Positions 48,631 to 60,000 of a DNA stretch of 60,000 bases are shown in pieces. The DNA is from Laetmonice hystrix (lineage: Eukaryota). Numbering within the stretch: the first letter of the stretch is position 1; each line of letters begins with the position of its first letter. A program made the translations under genes and the position numbers. The notes under the pieces are model-generated. The model made no database searches and was not told the origin of the DNA. It saw only the letters and a program-made list of their open reading frames with translations. Where the stretch lies: positions 46,626,001 to 46,686,000 of the forward strand of contig OZ249436.1 of assembly GCA_965235115.1 (NCBI GenBank). The letters are read 5' to 3'.

Positions 48631-49049
48631 TTGGTGACAATGTTATCATGGGGCAATGACTGGTCCACAGATCACAATGAGAGTAAGAAAACCGGGCCCA
48701 GCGTACTGATACCTGGTTGGCATGCAGAGGGGCGGGGTGATCATCAGCGCCCTGTGCATGTCAACACGCGGGGTGGGGTGGGGATGGGGGTGCGGGTAAG
48801 AGCGGGGGTAATCCCCATCCCCCCCACACCCACTGTCATTCGATGTGGTATACATGAGTAGAAAACATGTACATGAAATGAAGAAATACGATTTTTTCTT
48901 GTATAATTATTCATATTTTTTATTTTAAACTCACTGAATAAGTTTTGAGAGTATAAATTGCCCTTGCCATTCTTGCCGCTATACTACATGCATGTGCTAG
49001 GGCCTACGATCGGCCCAAAACACAGTTCCTCTTGCCATTTAAGATATTA

Positions 49050-49243
49050 CCCCCATCCCCCACCCACCCACCCACCCACCACCACCAACCCACCGACCAC
49101 CACCAACCCACCCACCACCACCACCCACCACCACCACCACCCACCCACCCACCACCACCACCACCCACCACCACCACCCACCACCCACCCACCACCACCA
49201 CCCACCCACCCACCACCACCACCACCACCACCCACCCACCCCC
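49050..49243. repeat. (CCA/CCCA)n low-complexity repeat
   Basis: Direct reading. Confidence 0.9.
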
Positions 49244-49628
49244 AAGGTTCTGGTTACGGACCTGCAAACATATGTTTCACTCTCTGATAACGCTAGAAGG
49301 AGTGAGGATTTTTTTCATTTCTATGCATATTGTAAAATGATTCTCTGGCCATTTTCTTCAAATCTATGAATCCACCCCACCCCACCCCCTACCCCACCTA
49401 CACCCACACCCCCACCCCCACCCCCACCCTCCACCCGAATCATCACGTATGGCCTCTTGATGTTTCTAGGGATATCAATATCGAACATCAACCCCTTAAT
49501 CTCTAGACAATGCCAGGAGTAGGGTAGGTGGATGTCCTTGGTCCTGATGTCCACCTTATCCCACCGTGGCTCGATATTGATAAACTGCGAGGAGCAAGGA
49601 GCATCAGAGAAAGTTATCGCCGGCGGCA

Positions 49629-49772
49629 GGCCGGGCTGGGCCGGGCTGGGCCGGGCTGGGCCGGGCTGGGCCGGGCTGGGCCGGGCTGGGCCGGGCTGGG
49701 CCGGGCTGGGCCGGGCTGGGCCGAGCCGGGCTGGGCCGGGCCGGGCCGGGCCGGGCCGAGCCGGGCTCGGCT
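49629..49772. repeat. (GCCGGGCTGG)n 10-bp repeat
   Basis: Direct reading. Confidence 0.9.
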
Positions 49773-51164
49773 GGTAGACAGACGCTAGTGTAGAAACACG
49801 CTACCTCTCCGCTGGGGGCCATGAAAGAAGCATCAAAGACTGTCTGCCAACCCCCGATAACAGGTTCAGCGTTCCAGTGGGCCAACTCGGCGTCTTGGAT
49901 AACATAACTAGCTCTCCTCGGTATTTTGTTCCACGAACAGAACATCGGTTAGGGCATGGCCTCTCTCTTTGTGAAGCCGAGTGTAAAGGTGCTCATCAGG
50001 ATAATGAAAATAGCCCCATGCATAGGTTGGTGGAAACGAGCGCATAAAATCTATTACATAAAATTATGGACATGCTAGAGATATATGCTTGCCTATTATA
50101 GACGACACAGTTATCCGAGATTATGCTGCCAATATTTCATCATACAGACCGATTTGTTCTTCTTATGCTGCTCTGGAGACGATTGTATTGGTTGTGAACC
50201 AATTGCTTTAGGTGTTAGGTTTATGGACACCATGTGCAGGCACTGCCCTGCCCTTTCTGCCTAGGTTTATGTTCCTCTGCCTTGGCTCCCAGCGGCACTG
50301 CATGTGTATACTCATACACTTCATGCGACCGCGATATAAGAACCATATTACGTCTATGAGTTGTAATTCATGCTGCATTGATTACCTCCGCCGCCTAGAC
50401 CTGTATCATTTTGTCCACAATCCGCCCAGTGAATGGCCTTCCAGAAAATAGGGAGAGAAAAAACATTCCGGGGTTCTTGACAGATCTGTGTGATACTGGA
50501 GGCGAATTCACAACATGAAGAAATATAGATGGTTCTCTAAAGACATCTTGGAATTACTCCCCGGAGCTTCGAACCAGCGGCTTTATATTACACCCTGACA
50601 TTTCCTCCTGGTATCAAATACTCTTACGACTTCAGAGTTATTGCCCTTTAACTTCTCACTGAATTGACAGCAACCATGTCCCACATCGTTTCTATAGTGT
50701 TAAATCCAGTTGTCTATAGTTACTCCTATCTTTGTTTTGAGAATTTCATTGTAAATGCCAGTAACTGTTGTCCCAATGACAATGAAATGTAAATCAGTTG
50801 AATTAGAACACCCTATTTTAAAATCCCAAGTTATTCCCTCCATAAGACGCTAGATTAGAGCCTGTCTCGTGTTTGACGCGAACACATTGTCAATCAAAGA
50901 CAGGGGGAGGTTAGTCTACCTAAACATATCCTCAATATACCAATTTTACTGCAAATAGGAGTGGCGCTTCCAATGGCCGTCACTCTCATTCCCTATGCAT
51001 GATTTCCTGTCCACCTAATAACATTTTTCATGGAATAATATATCGATAAGAAACACATTTTGTAAGAGTTTATCTTTTCATATCTCAATAATTTCGATTG
51101 CCAATCATAGTTTGAATGGACGGGAGGTTATTCCGCTGTGGTAAGATCCACTCGAAATTAGCGG

Positions 51165-51600
51165 GAGGGTTAGCAGGAGTTAGGGGCAGGAGTTAGGGGC
51201 AGGAGTTAGGGCAGGAGTAAGGGGCAGGAGTAAGGGGCAGGAGTAAGGGGCAGGAGTTAGGGCAGGAGTTAGGACAGGAGTTAGGACAGGAGTTAGCAGG
51301 GCAGGATCAGAGTTAGGGGCAGGAGTTAGGGGCAGGAGTTAGGGGCAAGAGTTAGGGCAGGAGTTAGGGCAGGAGTTAGGGCAGGAGTTAGGGCAGGAGT
51401 TAGGGCAGGAGTTAGGGCAGGCGTTTGGGACAGGAGTTAGGGCCAGGAGTTAGGGGCAGAATCAGAGTTAGAGCAGGAGTTAGGGGCGGGATCAGAGTTA
51501 GAGCTGGAGTTAGGGGCGGGATCAGAGTTAGAGCAGGAGTTAGGGGCGGGATCAGAGTTAGAGCAGGAGTTAGGGGCGGGATCAGAGTTAGGGGTAGGCA
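51165..51600. repeat. (GGAGTTAGGGCA)n and 30-bp variant array
   Basis: Direct reading. Confidence 0.85.
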
Positions 51601-52213
51601 TAAGTTTCTTGAGGAGGTCTGGGGACCGAGGTTAGATTTTGAAATAGGAGTGATAGATTTCTAGTTGTTACCAGCAGATTTCGCGGTTATGCTACCATAG
51701 GGATCTATTATACGGAGTCACAGACCGGGGGGAGGACCTTGTATATTATGGTTATGTCTTTCCTAATGGCGCCACCTGTCGTCAGAACCGCGAACCTTTC
51801 TAAAGGACATTTAGTGCCGCTGTGTCCACCAACCTTGACGTCGTAACCAAGGTAACAGAGACCGTCATTGGGAGAGCTTTGTTCACGTCAGCCGAGTGAG
51901 GTTTGACATGGACGATCTCCAGCCTGACAGCGCCACTGTTGTGGTAATCTCAGGGTAGAAAAAACCTACACACCTACATAATAGGGCGCTGTGTTCGTGG
52001 GGAAAACGACTTCGTGGTAACCCTTGACGGCTTCATCGGAATTTGGGACGCTCATGCAGTTTTATGTGGATGGGGGGGGGGTTTACCAGAGTATAGGTCT
52101 AGATCTTGATATTATAATATTCGACCGATGTTGTATAATCTGATAAAGGATTTTTTTTCTTTGCCCCAGAAAACAAGCGACGGCATACGAGCGACTTGAA
52201 AGATTGTTTTCCA

Positions 52214-53025
52214 GATGCCCCCTGACCTTGCTGTCTCGTCTCTACTCTATGGTGTCACTGTGTCCTTACGTACGACCATACACCTTGATGTCACAGACAT
52301 CAGTAGGGGACCACGACCTAACAGTCTGTCTACTTGTCCTCACTGTGTCAGGCTGAGGGAGTCTGTAATGTGTTCAAGATGTCCCCTGACCTTGCTGTCT
52401 CGTCTCTACTGTATGGTGTCACTGTCTCCTTACGTACGACACACCTTGAAGTCACAGACATTCTGTAGGGGACAGTCTGCCTACTTGTCCTCACTGTGTC
52501 AGGCTGAGAGAGTGGAGTCTGTAATGTGTTCAAGATGTCCCCTGACCTTGCTGTCTCGTCTCTACTGTATGGTGTCACTGTGTCCTTACGTACGACCATA
52601 CACCTTTGTCACAGACATTCTGTAGGGGTCAGTCTGCCTATTTGTCCTCACTGTGTCAGGCTGAGAGAGTCTGTAATGTGTTCAAGATGTCCCCTGACCT
52701 TGCTGTCTCGTCTCTACTGTATGGTGTCACTGTGTCCTTACGTACGACCATACACCTTGATGTCACAGACATCAGTAGGGGACCACGACGTAACAGTCTG
52801 TCTACTTGTCCTCACCACGGCCGGATCCAGGATTCTTAGAAAGGGGGGGGGGCGTAGCCCCTGGAGAAGATTGCGAGCGCCGAAGGCGCAAAGCCCCAGG
52901 GGAGGTCTGGGTTTCAAAAAATCATTATTCTGCCAAAAATAGGGGGCGTACGCCCCCCACGCCCCCCCCCCCCCTTGGATCCGGCCCTGCTCACTGTGTC
53001 AAGCTGAGAGGGTGGAGTCTGTAAC
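52214..53025. repeat. ~150-160-bp tandem satellite (~4 copies) interrupted by a MITE
   Basis: Unit agatgtcccctgaccttgctgtctcgtctctactgtatggtgtcactgtgtccttacgtacgacc...ttgtcctcactgtgtcaggctgag...gagtctgtaatgtgttca. Confidence 0.85.
52816..52989. mobile_element. MITE inserted in a satellite unit
   Basis: TIR cacggccggatcca / tggatccggccctg; 5-bp TSD ctcac; the empty site ttgtcctcactgtgtc is seen in neighbouring units. Confidence 0.85.
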
Positions 53026-55036
53026 CGTCCATACAGTCCATTAAACTGGCCAACGTGACTTGGGGGAAACTGTATAGGAGCTGTTGCTAGCAGAGAATAT
53101 GTGGTAGCCGACTTGACCATCCATTTATCAAACTGACATTGTCTTCTCAATGTCTACTTTATGGGTTGGTTGATAGGCCTAAATATATTTTTTACATGTC
53201 GCGGAAGGGCAACACCACAAATGTGATTATCGTTCGGCGTCAGTGCGATTTTTACTTTTGTTGTGCAAATCCACTCTATATATTATAGGCCTAGGCCTAA
53301 TCAAATGGGTACAAATCGCGCGATCGCCGCGAAACAACATTCGCCTCGACTGTTCGCACGCGACAGTAGCCCGATTTTTGAATCTTGTTGTGCAAATTCG
53401 CTCAAGATATAATAACATACCAGGTAGAAATCATGCATAGATATGCGATCGCCGCGAAACAACATTCGCCTCGATGTGTTGGCACGCGACAGTCATCGTC
53501 TGCTTTCTACATATAATCTACGCACACACGGTATGCACTGTGTGCGTACTGCGTGCATGTGTGCCCCCCATGCCGTTTTGGCCTGTATATCCGTGTCTGT
53601 GTACACTTTGAAATTATTATTCCCTGTAAAGAGAGTTTGCTTTAAAAAAATGGCTAAAGTTGTAACAATATAGATCACTTTTAGATGTAGTATACACAAG
53701 ATAAATGTGGACGACGCAGCGCGTTTCACTCGATATAGAATGCAATAGATCCATCTCAAGTGATTTTTTTTTTCTTCAACTCAGCACGCAGAGAATGTGG
53801 TACAGTAGTTGCGGTGGCGCCAAGGTTTGTGTTATTCCAATCACACAGAAGTGATGATTAGATCAATACTAGCCATCCATTTAGGAAATGTACAATTACT
53901 GTCACACCTAGGTGTGTCAGCGGGCGGGTGAGCGCGCCCTCTGCCGGTCGGGACCAGAGACAATATTGAGACAATTAATGGCAGCCATTGACCGCGCACC
54001 CTAGCGGCGGTCAGCGACACAAAAGCCAGAACTCGCGTTGGTTTTACATCTCTGTCCACAGTCGCGCCACTCCTATTGGTCACTTCAGGCCTGAAGCGTC
54101 AGTAAGCGCCGGTAAGCGTCAGGGGAACCTGGAGGGCAGAGGTTAGGAGACCGGGTCAAATCAGCACAGCACTCTGTAATCCCGGCTGCCCCGGCACGTG
54201 CCAGAATCAAGAGAGCGATTTAATCCGATTGGAGGTGGATTACAGGAATCGACAGTCTTGGTTCATTACTGCTCAGTCATGTCTCCAGGCGGTTCCACCT
54301 TGATACAACCAAATTGGAACTCCGTTATAACACTTACCCACTTCATATTGTTGCATTAGATTATTTTTTTAATCAGGGGCGCATATGTCTCCAGGCTGAT
54401 GTGATGGTGTAACGTGTTGGGTCGTGAAGAGGCGAGAAGATTTTTGAATGGTCCGGAGATTGGTGTGACATTCCGGGAAATGATCCTGGGGACACACGGG
54501 GGGCCAGGATGGGTGTTGGTACCAGCCGGTCCGCCGCCAGGGGGCGTGCTGGTCGGTGGGGGGGGGCGGTCAGGGTAGATGTGACGTGTAATCGAAAGGT
54601 CTCATGCCTTGGCTGTCCATGTAGGTGTGCGTTACCGCTATCACACGTTCACCAAGTGTCATCACGATCAATAACCGACGAGGGATACCAGTAATTGTGG
54701 GGCTTATATCGACGGCTGACCGTCGCTTGTCGCTATCCTGACCTGGTGCTGTCGTTAATAACGGTGATCGTAAATAACGATCGTCGTTTAAAAAAAGGTC
54801 ATCGTTATCAACGATTATCGTTAATGACAATATCGTTAATATAGATATCATTAACTTACCATTAATTGGGGGGGGGGGCTATTGCTAAATGGTTAACGAG
54901 GAACCCCCAGAGGTTGCAATAGTCTATAGAATCAAAGAGTGTTGATAACGACAGTTTAGTAAGGTCGGCCTCTTAGAGCGCCACAAGACGAGGTCTATCA
55001 TCAGTACGGACTCCAACGATTCCTGATATCTTGCCT

Positions 55037-55788
55037 TTACTCCCTGGTTTGCCCTCGAGCCCCTTCCCTAACGTTACCTCCATTCATATTGAGGTTGTGT
55101 AAGTTTATTCCCTGGTTTGCCCTCGAGCCCCTTCCCTAACGTTTCCTCCATTCATATTGAGGTTGTGTAAGTTTATTCCCTGGTTTGCCCTCGAGCCCCT
55201 TCCCTAACGTTTCCTCCATTCATATTGAGGTTGTGTAAGTTTACTCCCTGGTTTGCCCTCGAGCCCCTTCCCTAACGTTTCCTCCATTCATATTGAGGTT
55301 GTGTAAGTTTATTCCATGGTTTGCCCTCGAGCCCCTTCCCTAACGTTTCCTCCATTCATATTGAGGTTGTGTAAGTTTATTCCCTGGTTTGCCCTCAGGC
55401 CCCTTCCCTAACGTTTCCTCCATTCATATTGAGGTTGTGTAAGTTTACTCCCTGGTTTGCCCTCAGCCCCTTCCCTAACGTTTCCTCCATTCATATTGAG
55501 GTTGTGTAAGTTTACTCCCTGGTTTGCCCTCGAGCCCCTTCCCTAACGTTTCCTCCATTCATATTGAGGTTGTGTAAGTTTACTCCCAGGTTTGCCCTCG
55601 AGCCCCTTCCCTAACGTTTCCTCCATTCATATTGAGGTTGTGTAAGTTTATTCCCTGGTTTGCCCTCGAGCCCCTTCCCTAACGTTTCCTCCATTCATAT
55701 TGAGGTTGTGTAAGTTTACTCCCTGGTTTGCCCTCGAGCCCCTTCCCTAACGTTTCCTCCATTCATATTGAGGTTGTGTAAGTTTATT
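55037..55788. repeat. 68-bp minisatellite (~11 copies)
   Basis: Unit tttactccctggtttgccctcgagccccttccctaacgtttcctccattcatattgaggttgtgtaag. Confidence 0.95.
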
Positions 55789-56055
55789 GCGTGAAAGGGT
55801 TCAGTTAATTATTTAGGAGTTCGGGTGATAAATTGGGAGTTCATGAGACACGACTACCAGCACGTGACCCTTGTATTAATAACGTCCACATGTTTGGTCC
55901 GGGTATCTATATCACGGTATCTAGCAGGTCATCTGGTTATCAGAATATTTATCAGATGACGTAGGCCTATCCAATACTTAGTACGCATACAAACTCTATT
56001 TTAAAATGGAACACGCACAGATCTAATCTAATCTAATCGTTAGGAATGTGTGCGT

Positions 56056-56604
56056 GTTAATCAATGTGGCTATTACGAATTGATTGAAACTCCTTACAGA
56101 CGGTTGTTACTCAATGTGGCTATTACGAATTGATTAAAACTTCTTACAGATGGTTGTTATTCAATGTGGCTATTACGAATTGATTGAAACTCCTTACCGA
56201 TGGTTGTTACTCAATGTGGCTATTACGAATTGATTGAAACTCCTTACAGATGGTTGTTACTCAATGTGGCTATTACGAATTGATTGAAACTCCTTACAGA
56301 TTGTTGTTACTCAATGTGGCTATTACGAATGGATTGAAACTCCTTACAGACGGTTGTTACTCAATATGGCTATTACGAATTGATTGAAACTTCTTACAGA
56401 CGGTTGTTACACAATGTGGCTATTACGAATTGATTAAAACTTCTTCCAGACGGTTGTTACTCAATGTGGCTATTACGAATTGATTGAAACTCCTTACAGA
56501 TGGTTGTTACTCAATGTGGCTATTACGAATTGATTGAAATTCCTTACAGACGGTCTTTACTCAATGTGGCTATTCTGAATTCATTGAAACTTCTTACAGA
56601 CGGA
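56056..56604. repeat. 50-bp minisatellite (11 copies)
   Basis: Unit ctcaatgtggctattacgaattgattgaaactccttacagatggttgtta. Confidence 0.95.
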
Positions 56605-57196
56605 TAATTCTTTATCTCGAACTATGATATATGTTTTTGTTCTAAGAATCTACTGTTTGATCAATTATTTTGCCTAGACATAACAAAATAAGCCCATATC
56701 CATAAAGAAGACTGCTATATTATGACGTAAACATTGCATGTGAATAAAAACGAGAATCAATCGTTTATAGTGGTGCGCGCGCAGTGTATAAGGTACCCGG
56801 ATGTACGACCAGCTGCCCCCTAGCGTCATGATTGGGAGTGATTAATGATAAATGAAGAATTCGAAACATCCACCTGCCCTCATGGAACCAACCTCTCCCA
56901 TCCTCAGCCCACGTCCGTGCCCCAGATAGGAAGGAGCCTGAGGCCTAACGATGTCCGGGAAGACATTTAACGAACCTCTGTTTCCTGTAAGTCAGAGATT
57001 TAGCTGTAAGTCGGGCGTTCCTCAATGTTCACAAACATCCTTACGCCGCTGTTTTATTTAACACATCAGTGAGATCTACACCTCAACCATTCCAACAACA
57101 ACCCTTAGTTACCTTCATTATCGCCCAGACCTCGTGGCAGCGTCATTACTTCCAACATGCGCTGTGTTACAGTTGGACACTGAGCTGATATCGTGT

Positions 57197-57445
57197 TAAG
57201 GCCTGTACCCACTAGCGCGTTTTACCGCTGCGGTCCACGCAGAGCGACAGAACGCGCTAGTGGGATCAGGCCTTACGGCAAGCACCACCGCCTTTAGGAG
57301 ATATGTGGACATTTCCGAATTACGTGGGAGTCCGAATTTTATCACGATGAATACAACAATAACAGCTAAAGGCCCGAACCCACTAGCGCGTTTTGTCGCT
57401 CAGCGTGGACCGCAGCGGTAAAACGCGCTAGTGGGTACAGGCCTT
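57197..57445. mobile_element. Pair of ~77-bp palindromic mini-elements in inverted orientation
   Basis: aaggcctgtacccactagcgcg...cgcgctagtgggatcaggcctt (57198-57274) is the near reverse complement of 57369-57445. Confidence 0.7.
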
Positions 57446-58880
57446 TATAACCTTTAAAACTAGTTCAAGGTTAAAGCAATGATGTCATTTGCGTTCATGG
57501 AGGCCAAATGACCGCAGTTTCGGGTTACGTCTTCAAAGCGTCAGAATCATATGAGTATTCATGTAATTAAAGTTTATTCATGTAATTAAAGTTTGCTTAA
57601 AGGATTTTTTAACGTTAACCCCGATGATTTAAGGGAAGTATAGTGAAAATTAACTCTACCTATTACATGACGATCTGGTTGTTAGCCAACATATCAAATC
57701 ATCTTGTACCCTAAACTAGGTACAACATCGGTTTCCTGAGATTAACGACCAAAATAAGAAAATCCCAACCGGGTCAAAGATAATCGTCGTTATCATTCCA
57801 ATGGGAAATATCCGCTTATTCCCGCAAACTTCGCGAGGAAATATACCGAAAAAAGAAGTCATTAGTGGCAGCATTCTGAGAGTAAGGACTCAAAGCACCA
57901 TTCAAAATGTGAATGCTATGATTTCTTTAAGAAAATTAATGTATGCGATCCTTACCAGCCTCATAAGGCCTATCTATAACATAGCACAACATAACTTTGT
58001 GGAGATACCATCTGCATTTTCTTCATTAACTCCTTTTTGCTAAAAAAAACAGTTCAGTATCAGATTTTTAAGTCAATAGTCCTGAGAGAGTAGCGACGGA
58101 AGCATATATTCTGAGCGGGAAATCCGATCCATATTTAAAGCCCCCACACTTATACAATATTAAACTGTTTCCGTTCTTCAGACTTGTTCAATGACGGGAC
58201 GCCATGAGATATGTGAATTTATAGCCAAACAACTGCATGTTGCATGCGGAACCCGGCTCGTTGACTAATCTGTCGAGGTAGGTCAGCCATGATCGCCCCG
58301 TCCATCACAAAGATCTAGACTCGATTTGACAGAACTCTTGGACACGTCGATATTTTCGTCTGCCTCTAACAGTCACACATGAATTCATGTTTATTTCATG
58401 GCGCCGATAACGTGGTTGTCATTGGTGACGCTGCAGTAACAAGCTTGTAATCCTCACGGGACAGCAATGCGCGTTTCCCGCAACACACCCGCCACAGATG
58501 GATTCTCCCGTGATCACGTTAGTTCAATCGAGACATTGCAGTTTCTAGTTGTTTCTCCCTGCAAATCCCACGTGCGCCAGACGTATTTACACGAGGCATA
58601 AATGCGAAGAAGTTGGACGTACGTGACGGTGCCTCGTGGCTGTCGGCAAAGCCTGCTGCGACCGTCAGATGTCTACGGCAGCCCCCTGATGGGAATTGCT
58701 AGCATGCAAATGGTTCTCCTTGTCATTGGCGCATCTTTCTGTCGGTCTCCTGACATGACTGCCTGACTGGACCTACCTCAGTGTATATACCAGGCCTGAC
58801 CTCTATTTTCAATAACAAATTGAGATTCAAGGTCATACCCATGCTAGAAAAATCATTCGACAAGAGTTTTTTAACGGTAT

Positions 58881-59245
58881 CATGTGTAGCTAAAACATGT
58901 TATGTTGTGTAGCTAAAGCATGTTATGTTGTGTAGCTAAAACATGTTATGTTGTGTAGCTAAAACATGTTATGTTGTGTAGCTAAAACATGTTATGTTGT
59001 GTAGCTAAAACATGTTATGTTGTGTAGCTAAAGCATGTTATGTTGTGTAGCTAAAACATGTTATGTTGTGTAGCTAAAACATGTTATGTTGTGTAGCTAA
59101 AACATGTTATGTTGTGTAGCTAAAACATGTTATGTTGTGTAGCTAAAACATGTTATGTGGTGTAGCTAGAGCATGTTGTGTTGTGTAGCTAAAACATGTT
59201 ATGTTGTGTGGCTAAAACATGTTATGTTGTGTAGCTAAAACATGT
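58881..59245. repeat. 23-bp minisatellite (~16 copies)
   Basis: Unit catgttatgttgtgtagctaaaa. Confidence 0.95.
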
Positions 59246-60000
59246 GATATTTTAAGTTATGGAAGTTGACCAAGTCCATATTGTTATGACAGCTTAAAAT
59301 TCAACAATATGACTACATGAACAAAAATTAATATATCTATGTGTCTTCATTCACACTGATATCTTGTGTTGAAAACTTTCATTTGGAAACATATTTTGTA
59401 CTATTTGGTCATTTTATTCAACATTATGTTCAGATTAGAGGTTAAAGAATCAAATAGCTATAACTGAGTCAGGTATTCTGTGAACGACCCTCCCTCTGCC
59501 CTGCCCCCCCCCCCCCCATCCCCAAGTGCATGAGTTCGATTTCCACTTTGATATCGAAACGTTAAACCTCACCGAAGGGAAACACTTCTCCTCATTTTGT
59601 ACGGCCCACCAGAGTATCCCGGAAGGGGACACTGAACCCCCCCCCCCCACCACCACCACCACCACCACCACCACCACCACCACCCCGTCCAGGTCACCTT
59701 GGCTGGTCACCACCACCCCCACCCCCACCCCCACCCCCACCCCCAGACGTCCTTGGAAACCCTGGAGATAGCAAGCTACCACCGAACTCTAGCCATGTAT
59801 CGATTAAAGCCCTTTCCCTTCTTTTTAAAGATAGTGTATACAACATCTCTCGGGTATCTACAGCTAAATTTGAAATCTTAGTCAGCTGTTTTTAGGAAGG
59901 GCAGCAGAGACTCCATGGACATCATGCCGCATCTTTATAAAGACATGATGTGTGCCAGTCGCTTTCACGTGAATGTTAGCATAATTATAAATCTATTTCC

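Noticed and set aside
48000..51600. Telomere or interstitial telomeric array; Gly/Arg-, Pro- and His-rich ORFs
   Set aside because: Repeats are degenerate, mixed with non-telomeric units and belong to a dispersed repeat; the ORFs are translations of simple repeats.
25637..59245. Regular 23-68-bp repeat arrays as CRISPR arrays
   Set aside because: Units are head-to-tail with no unique spacers, there are no cas genes, and the context is eukaryotic and intron-containing.

Overview
Eukaryotic (invertebrate, probably annelid/lophotrochozoan) genomic DNA, intron-rich and dense in MITEs and minisatellites. (1) 1.5-16.5 kb, minus strand: one 'constant' coding exon (ATG 16320, phase-0 donor after 15496) encodes a compact N-terminal domain plus a low-complexity linker. 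It is followed by at least five stop-terminated exons, each opening with a phase-0 acceptor (15207, 10769, 8491, 5316, 2188). Four of these are paralogues whose motif spacing resembles a catalytically dead HUH/Rep fold; the fifth lies inside a degenerate TIR element. The layout resembles a mod(mdg4)/lola-type constant-plus-variable-3'-exon locus, and the array probably continues past the left edge. (2) 22.6-32.2 kb, plus strand: a 17-exon gene of about 1177 aa for a type-I membrane protein (signal peptide, MACPF, PLAT-like, EGF, F5/8C-like, TM, tail), with several splice and stop junctions amplified into minisatellites. (3) A 5'-truncated LINE RT at 33.9-35.1 kb. (4) An intronless MS4A/CD20-like four-TM gene at 36.8-38.8 kb. 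(5) 39-60 kb is non-coding: satellites, MITEs and a possible spliced non-coding RNA. Gene models were read by eye from splice consensus and phase continuity, with no transcript or database evidence.
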